Shown in pieces: positions 11,601-18,300 of a stretch of DNA of 64,000 nt. A model generated the notes under the pieces. That model did no database searches and was not told where the DNA came from. It saw nothing but the letters and a program-made list of their open reading frames with translations. This stretch comes from a virus (Duplodnaviria > Caudoviricetes), in IMG/VR virus record IMGVR_UViG_3300033073_000738, positions 32,001-96,000 of that record; one strand, 5' to 3'. The position numbers were made by a program, and so were the translations under genes. Position 1 is the first letter of the stretch. Every line of letters begins with the position of its first letter.

Positions 11601-12377
11601 CCTGGCAGCAATTTCTTTTGCCAGAGCTTCTTTCTTTATCTTGTCAAACCGGATGTTCCCCTTACTGTCTTTGTAGTTGGGGTTGTTCTTATATTGCTCA
11701 AAGGCTTTCTTATACGTATCAGTGCTTCTTATCTTGTCTAAAGCCTCCATAAGAGCTTCATCGTTCTGAGGCATCATATCAAGAAAGAAGTGTAAAGCTT
11801 CTTCTGGTAGAGCTGTATCTTCCAGACCACTTTGTACCATCACCATTCTTTTTGCAAAGTCTGCTATGGCATTGACACCATACTCTTTGATAACGTTGTC
11901 CTGACTAACTACAGAAACCCCTACTCTTTGTAAGAATCGTTTTGCGTAATCAGTCATTGTTAATGAGTCATTGTTATAGTTGAATACCATTCTGTTCCAG
12001 TTGTCCATCACCTTGTCATCAACTGTTACATAGTCTTGCATGTATTCTAATACAGGATAAGTCTCAGAGAATGCAGACAATTGTTGAGCTATATCCGGTG
12101 TGTCTTTTACCTTGTACCAGGTTTTACCCTTATCACGAATAGGTTCAGGATTAATCAGATCTCTTTCAGCAAGTGTTGCTACAACAGTGTCAGCTGAAAG
12201 CTTAGGAAGAGAATCCAAAGACTTCAGTACACCATTATACTTAAGAAGCTCATTTGCTTTGTTAACTGATGGGACAACTCCATTGTTTCTGAAAAAAGCC
12301 AACATTGCTTTATCTTCACCAATCTCACCAACTAACGATTTCCATTCACTTGATTTCTTGTTAGGACAGATTAACAT
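5664..12377 (-). CDS. Giant virion-ejected protein (2237 aa) with a PD-(D/E)xK nuclease-like domain and degenerate zincin-like motif
   Basis: M.xCPN...WK.L N-terminus typical of crAss RNAP-neighbour proteins; PEEALH; GTAMH...E...IDII...IYDFK...QQLTLY; C-terminal hydrophobic helix; position directly downstream of the RNAP. Confidence 0.85.
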   Translation of the reverse strand: MLICPNKKSSEWKSLVGEIGEDKAMLAFFRNNGVVPSVNKANELLKYNGVLKSLDSLPKLSADTVVATLAERDLINPEPIRDKGKTWYKVKDTPDIAQQLSAFSETYPVLEYMQDYVTVDDKVMDNWNRMVFNYNNDSLTMTDYAKRFLQRVGVSVVSQDNVIKEYGVNAIADFAKRMVMVQSGLEDTALPEEALHFFLDMMPQNDEALMEALDKIRSTDTYKKAFEQYKNNPNYKDSKGNIRFDKIKKEALAKEIAARGRETEDNFITKLVKKILEWIKGKKIQRDPIEILKEMFMSEQIDNLNLNLNSNEIYNQMSDEDKAFYEAQNMNEKQKETLQKILQFNSSIAFDEDKHMLVKADASSDEEFDMTITDNQGNKTTKTVKGSLLRSVTASLGSDFTSELEDPVVIESILDSFEDLYFDDLTMLSTGDLGDNKKVARALVDLITDKISNQAITKEELLKMTNNSTRIVDLLFMASENKRKTLFGTAMHRIIEEINKDQGIDLNDMGEEVNKILSAVFNMMDRKTLNKMIFGKDGIVDVLKELRSDGSILLNEVAVGNSKMGGIIDIIRIRPDGSLEIYDFKNKYLRKRADNKDTILEEFHSVIRLLSKDGVKNEPGVLNELKNKKRRLVDKWGQQLTLYKKLLMEAGFNVGDTAIIGIPYMLDEKTNMIDKFAVEKMPPSKFDTRLGNHLFPNLDLDKDANSETVELTPDERLAFLNKMSREKLMKAFTKSTARLEQLRNFVTKNKDAQKILDLITDQRTRTNSLRVQEDILKTTLESMLENDDASKMEMIQKNFLSVLDLSVPVIESVSKAFEELRNTTPTDTKSASQRLNELSKMRDFLIGYQTMFEELLGYMETTDQNNPVVSHLTKLIGVIQAIRKDYVASIEPTIAKMLQTSFSDDLIGNLKGEYQEMIVAVKQRGDKKLEEKLRQEMADLPSEAVITDFLKGDKGDVGWFFGKLVATISNPDIILAGAAKKLKATLDRVRLMNKELRDNTSVEFNKRAQVYGRGLDQKKMNESLVYITTVLNPYNGKEMQQMFFKSEFDERLYYDYAVLQKNLVDAETEKDKDKIKAAKKAKKDFELKYFESQYTEEYYKLTAPLEQTVSFQGETKTIREITGAIFDDLRKIQVQYSKEAWASGEISPSDLEDIKSVWERYYSLKEKRDSKNKMKTGDALKIAEALEKYEENSKKLYDDYIDEEMFRKIDDKKKLELGENSKQYKKWLELNTVVSIKDEYFQRMQELLDEKAAILQNTESVKLAEVNRELNLLTRPYKDRDGIVKAQLMSSEKKIKMKQLEEERTSLMDSSDNISINGYTPEEQETLAKENMKKKLGHPYNKYLIASIHKEAEVRRLLRSESDPDYALKVARLKEINAELGTMRTMSESKYYIEEMQHQMELFAEARGISVDELNEDASLYEEFTNTPWYLENHNIEYFKLYEDDEDVKKSESPIYAWKRFEPNAKYLDRKPGLQYRKRVMKESYTNEKGEEVQLMNNENRDVLNRFKPKANDVYRKQYGVDHPYRLKDFVDLETKMRNKTATAAEKVDYENLLYISTSTLAAQEDIELSQRLGLAVPFMEKTLTERTIETKGENIKQGVNSRAESIIQGIRRKFSRTDQDIDQTGTSESSISDLQLMATIDNNQAKFVPVRFSRRGEAENASYNVWSGFLNYNASINRKKELEKELAFVNGLEEILADTQNQPKSEASNMVINKVFKKYMPELKQKINEGGNTRLEVLRSFINSVMYNEEYFKGFDVLGVNTQKTVSQLMALTSYTTLGIAPFNWTVNWMSGNIQNIVEAAGGQYFNMSQFTRDKAMLFKGDDKHGSVVNDMMADYGKLGNRSFWGQVFEVFDPIQGEFENEYGHNTNFSKVKNPFQLGIFSGKIFGEWEIQSSAFISFLKNIKVYQGKMIDKETFVNEKLGDRENMSLEEITNKRLEALKEFDALDTNLLDVMELDKQGKLVVKDQFKDVFEFGSQQFSDYVAKLHAMQKKINGSYAKIDKTYAEKTSIGRMMFFFRKYFIPLGLNRLGVRRVNYESMSVEEGFYLTFFRTFVKDIAKMKLNIVANWNNYSEHEKRAIKKSLADAGFVLSIILLYHLALGYDPDDPDRFKKLRKKSWGSQSALYVLLKVKSETEQFLPGFNIQELKRIWSNPSMLLSEANSYIKMGNLMISHTLDVLPGFDYQKQLYYQKDVDQSGLKDEGDSKLLAEIVNSFSGYTGKTFHPIDAVKGFESLNR

Positions 12378-12385
12378 GTTCAGTA

Positions 12386-15300
12386 TTATTTAATTTTACC
12401 AAGACAACTCATACGATTAAAAAACTCTTCAGCTGATTCATTCTCAAGCTGCTCCTTCTTATAAAGGTCCGCTATCTGTTCTGCAGACATGCTGAAACTC
12501 AATGTTGAATCCACCATCAATTTGGTGAAAGCTCCCACAACATCAGTTGTAGTGGCTCTATCAGCACTTGCTGTTGCTTTACCAAAGTTGTTAAAGATGT
12601 TTCTACTTTTAGCTGCAGCATCTGCCAAGTCATTCATCATATTTCCACTATGACCCTTGACCCATTTTATAGATACAGAACCACCGCTGGCTTCGATCTT
12701 CTTTATAAGATTCTCAGCAGCATTTACAAGAGTTATGATGTAAGCTTCCTTTGCTTTCCAAGGCTTAGGTTCTCTTTGCTGACTTCCTTCACTGTAGTTC
12801 CATAACCCGTTATAGTTTACAGCCCCTTTGTAATCCTGGTTGATTACAATGTGTTCACCCCCTACATTTGCAAAATGGGTAAGTACAGACACCAGGGCCA
12901 TCATTTCCATGGTAGGATTACTAAACTTAGCATCTGGGTGCAGCTCTTTCAATCGTTGCACCTCTTTACTTTCTTCTGTACCAGATAGATCATAAACTTG
13001 ACCATTTGCTTTGAATACAGCACCAAACCCAATCTTACCGGTACCCTTGATGTCAGACCCATCTGAGTAAACTTGCAATGGATTCTCTTTAGTGGAAAGT
13101 TTAGTTGGTGTAACAGATTTATCTGAAGACTCATATTGTTTATAAATAACTAACTCTCTACCAGCATCTTTCTTAGACTCTTCAATCCATCCAATTAATG
13201 CAGTGTAACCATTAGCAATCATGGCTTTTGTAACAGCATCATTACTTTCTTTTATCGAAGAGAATACCTTATTCTCAAGAGCTGCTCGTTTAATTAACAT
13301 AAACTTACTTTGTCCTTCTTCTGTTGTAGCATCTAATGTTGTTGCAGGCTCATAAGATACTTCTACCGTTGTCACTTTACCAGAACTTCCTATTTCTTGA
13401 AATGGTCTATCTAACGCATAATAAGTACCACCACCTCTTTGTGCATAATTAACCTTAGAAGAAAATGTATCCGATGTTCTAAAGGCTTTAACTGTAACAG
13501 TTGCTTGCTGTTTAATAGTAGTTGTAGCAGGTTTGACAACATCAGATTTACTCCATCTTGAATAACCATCAAGTCTTTCTTCTGTGTAACCCTTTAGCTT
13601 AAGATAGGATGCAATAAGTTGATCAGAAAGATTACCCTTAGCGTATTGATTACCCACTCTAAACGATGCACCGGCTGCAATAGCTTTTTCCAAAAGTGAT
13701 TTGTATTTACTACTAAGAGTTTCTTTGATCTGAGCTTCTGTAACACCTCTAAACAACCCACTACCAGATACCATCACTACATCAGATGCGGTATAGTTTC
13801 CAGTATTTGCTTTACTACCCCAGGCTTGACGATATTTATCTGTAGAACTAATGGAAGCATTACCAGACTTATATCCTATAAACTGAGTAGATTCCTGAGC
13901 CATCTGAATGTCTTTACCTGCATTACCATACATATCAGTAGGTTTGACACCTGCCTGTAGTAGCGGGTTTTCTTTAACAGTATCTTGTTGTTGAGATGAC
14001 ATCAACCCAGCTTTTTGTAAAGCTTCTTTTATAGCCGGCATGTTAGATCTAGTGGCATCAGTTCTTACTGTGGCTTGTCTACCAAGACTAACATCCTCAG
14101 AAGGCAATACAAGTTTGATATTATCTGTAGCAGAAATAGTTTTAATCAGAATAGGTAGTATCTCCTTTACAGACCCTTCACCATGACCAAGACCAGCTAG
14201 TGGCAGAAGTATTGTCTTGTCTTTATTCTCTCTTGCATATACAATGATCTTACGCAGACCGCTTTTCATCAACTCAACATTGTTACCTGTCACTGATTCA
14301 GAATAAGCCCCTTTACCAGGTTTTCTGGTAGAAGGTTCATTACCCTTAACTGGTAGTTGTATCACATTGTCTTTGATCTTGAATTCACCGTCTCCACGTG
14401 TAATCAACCCTTTAGATGCAGCAGCTTGTGCTAACCCAGCACCATGTACACCTTCTAGGTTTGTAGTGATTACAGGAATACCTTGCATTTGGAATATATC
14501 TCCCTCTACAACTTTCTCAGATTGATTTTGAATTACCTCAAACTCAATAGCTGCAGCACCAGGTAAGAATTTATCAATCACATTAACATCTTCTGCTCTC
14601 CAGCCTTCTTTGTGCCAAGTACCTTTCCACCCAGGTGAACCTTTGGGATGTATAGCAGTGACACGTGCATACACTTCTTTCTCTACTTTATAATCAGAAG
14701 TTGTACTAATGTGCCTTACAATATCTCCCACTTTTACATTATATTTATCCATCTCTGTATTTGACCTTGTTGTACGAGTACGGAAACCATGTATTATCAT
14801 ATCAATACTTGTAGGATTGGGCCCCAATGCATCAATAACTTTTTGATTAGCCGTAACTAAACTACCGAAACTCATAACCCCACTTACCTTGTTCTGTGGA
14901 ATATCAGCAACACTTGCTATAGATTTCTGAGCAACTGGTGTAGGCAATAACCCTTTCTCTTGTTTAGATGCCCACTCTAAAGGTATACTAGAGTACCACT
15001 TACCTTTTGTTGCTATTTCACGAGTGAGGGTTTGTTTAGAACCTTTACCAAAAAACGTGGGATTATTACTGCCAAATTTAGAATAAAAATCTCTATAGAC
15101 TGTTTCTTTATACAATCTTTTCTGTTCAGAATCTTTTCTTTCATCTACACTTTTCTGAAACTCATCTACAGCATACCCATACAGCTTATTTATAAGACCG
15201 ACAGGTACAGCTGAAATGTAGCTGTATCTGTTTGAGTTCAATCCGCTCTGGAAAATAGAATACAAAACAAGATCCCTGAAGAACTTTCTTACTTGTATAT

Positions 15301-18300
15301 TGTCTTCATCTGATTGTTCAAGGTTTGCCAGGTTTTCTAATTGAGCAATCACACTCTCTTTCTCTATGGTATTACTGCTGTTCTCAAGAAATCGCCAAGT
15401 GATTACACGAGAGTTTCCTTCACCTCTTTCAAAAAACAGGTTTCTAACAATTGGATATTGTTCTTCAAGAGATGAATACCAGTCTTTTTTCTTGATGGCA
15501 TTCCAATCATCCACCATCTTATTAGACTGAATCAATTCTAACAAATACTCATCAAGTGATTTGTCAGTCTGCCAGTTTTCTTTGAAATACTGTTTCCCTT
15601 CTTCACTACGATCTATGAAGTTTTGCAATACATAATTGACAAAGTCATTCTTAGCTGTGCGAGCAAACTTCAAAAGGTCATCGTTTGTTTTCAGTTTTCT
15701 ATCTTCTGCAAAACCCATCATCAGATAACCACCTTCCTTAAGCAAAAAGTTATTTAACTGAATGTCATTTCTAACAGGGAACAGAGTATTGAGACCTAAT
15801 AGTATCTCTTTTGCTACATTCAAAGGCGTAATTATACTATTAGTAGCAATGTTCTTGACAGTTTCACGAGTCAATACAGACGAAGGTTCGTTAAGATCTA
15901 TAGCTTTTTTATACAATTCTCCTCTTGCAAATACATCAAAACCGGAAGCATAGGGATTGGTATCCCATTTCAAAGCTGTTTGAATGTTAGTTAAAGAATC
16001 TGTGTTATCCTTCAACCCAAGCATCTCTATCAAATATATAAGTTGCTCAAGCTTCATGCTTTCAGAAAGAGTGAATAAGTCTGTACCATCTGGCATCACT
16101 GTTTCTTTCAACTTTTCCTTGCTGAACAACTCATCAGTATTTAGAACATACTCACCTTTAAGTCTATTAATCTTATCGTTAATTACACTTCTTATGGTCT
16201 TTCTGCTTACGCTTTTTGCAACTGCATCTCTTTTTATGACACCCATTTCTTTCATAAGTTCTGCAAGAGCCATTCTCCTAGCTGATACTTTGCTATCTTT
16301 TGCACTATCCAAGAACTTGTTATCATACAAGCTGATCAGTTTGGTATACCTTCTGATGATGGGCTGATTCACAAAGTTCAGTATCTTATCACTTGATATC
16401 CCCATATACTTCATGAAAAACATCAAAGGAGAAAGCTCTGTCACCACATTCACTGCAAACACATAGTCATCTTTAGCCACGTCAACAAACGCATTGATAA
16501 ACTCACTGAAGAACTCACTTTTAAGATTACCATCTTCATCATAAATGCTTGACAAAGACACCTCTTCTATTTTACCCCCTACGGTCTTTTTTATAAACTT
16601 GTTTGAAAACAATGTATTAACCTGTTTGGGGTTCAACTTAGCATCAGAATACTGGAACAATACGTTGAATGTATTAGCAAGAGCTGCAATACCCAGGTCG
16701 TTCTTACCTGTTAATAGACTCAGGAACTTCTTAATGTTCTTTTCTCTATCTAATATCTCTGAGTGTTTGTAGTCAGTCTTTTGTCTTTTAGTACCGTACA
16801 GCTTGTAATAGATTTCGTCTACTATAGGCATTATCTCGTAGTTGGTACTGGGGGTGATAAGCTCAATATAGTTAGCCGGGTGCAGTATCACCTCGCTCAT
16901 TGTATTGATCAGCCTGTTTTGTACAACACTTTTGATGTTGTTGTACTTACTTAAATCAGTGAGGTCACTCTTTTTATAGGGCATATCCATTACTTCCCCA
17001 TCGTAACTTAAAGATGGGTAGAGTATGAACATCTTGTCAATGTCAAAGTCAGAACCGGATTTGATAACAACCTCAGAAGGCATTACAATAGCATCACCAA
17101 ACTGAGCTGGTAGAAACTCTGCTATTTCCATTACGTCCTGGAAGTTCTTACCCTGTGTAGGAATACGATATGCCACCATTTGAACACTCTTTCTATTCTT
17201 GTTCATCCATTCTTCGTCTTTGAGCATCTCGTTCATCCTATGAATAGACTCTATCTTCTTACCATCTTTATGTTTCATCTGTAAAAGAGGTAGCCAGTTT
17301 CTTGTCATACCCACCTTCACCTGCATAGGAGTAACTACTTGCTTTCCATTCACTTCTTTTAGGTCGTAATACTTAAGCTCTGTATTACCAAATGTCTCAA
17401 GAGCACGATCACTGAGTTTTTTAGAATAGTTTATACGCTCCATACCTGTAGTGGCTACTTGTATGAGCATTGTTCCATTTGCCTTATATCTTACCAGGTT
17501 GTTGTTTATAGCAGATATGATGATGCCCTCTATCACCTGAGCTTGCACTGTAGCATCCAGGGGTACAGTGAACTTACCTGTTGCTGCATCATAGTTAAGG
17601 GCCTTGATAACGTTGCTGTCTTGGTTCTTCTTTTTGACTTCTGACAGAAAGTAGTCAACCATCTTCTTGAGGTCGTCCACTTTCAGTTTACCTTCTTCTT
17701 GGCTGAAACGAATCCCAAGCTTATTAAATAGAGTTGCTTTCTCTATTTCTACAAGCTCATCTATGTACCTTTTGTAATCTTGATACAGACCTTTGAAATC
17801 TGGATGTTCCAGATTCATCATGATCAGCTTCCTGATCTGTGAACCAAATACAGAAGTGTCGTGAATCTCTGAGTCTATTGTTACCTGCTCTTTCAAATGG
17901 TTGAAGAACAAAGTGTTTGCACTTTTGAAATCCAAACTCTTGATTAGTTCTTTTCTTTCTTTATCGGTGAGCCCATTGATCTCATTTCTCTCCATACTAA
18001 GAAAAGGAGTAATAGTACGTTCACCGGGATTATTACCATCAAAGCTTTTGTAATAATCATCCATGTCTTTAGGCGTCTCTACCTTGCTACCGCTTTCAAA
18101 CTTTACATACCCATATCCACCAAACTCCATTCTCTTAGCTAGATGCTCATCTGCTGTTCCTTTAATCAATGTAGGAATCAAAGGTTGTATAGAGAACTTA
18201 TCAAATACCGGCACCAGGGTCGTATAACTACCGTTATCTACTGTTCTATTATACTCCATAGGGCCAGCATACTGGAACTTCTTAGGAGGAAAATACACCT

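Noticed and set aside
12600-13080. RNase H fold as a transposase or retroelement remnant
   Set aside because: Motifs match cellular-type RNase HI, it is fused in frame, and no RT, integrase or terminal repeats are adjacent.
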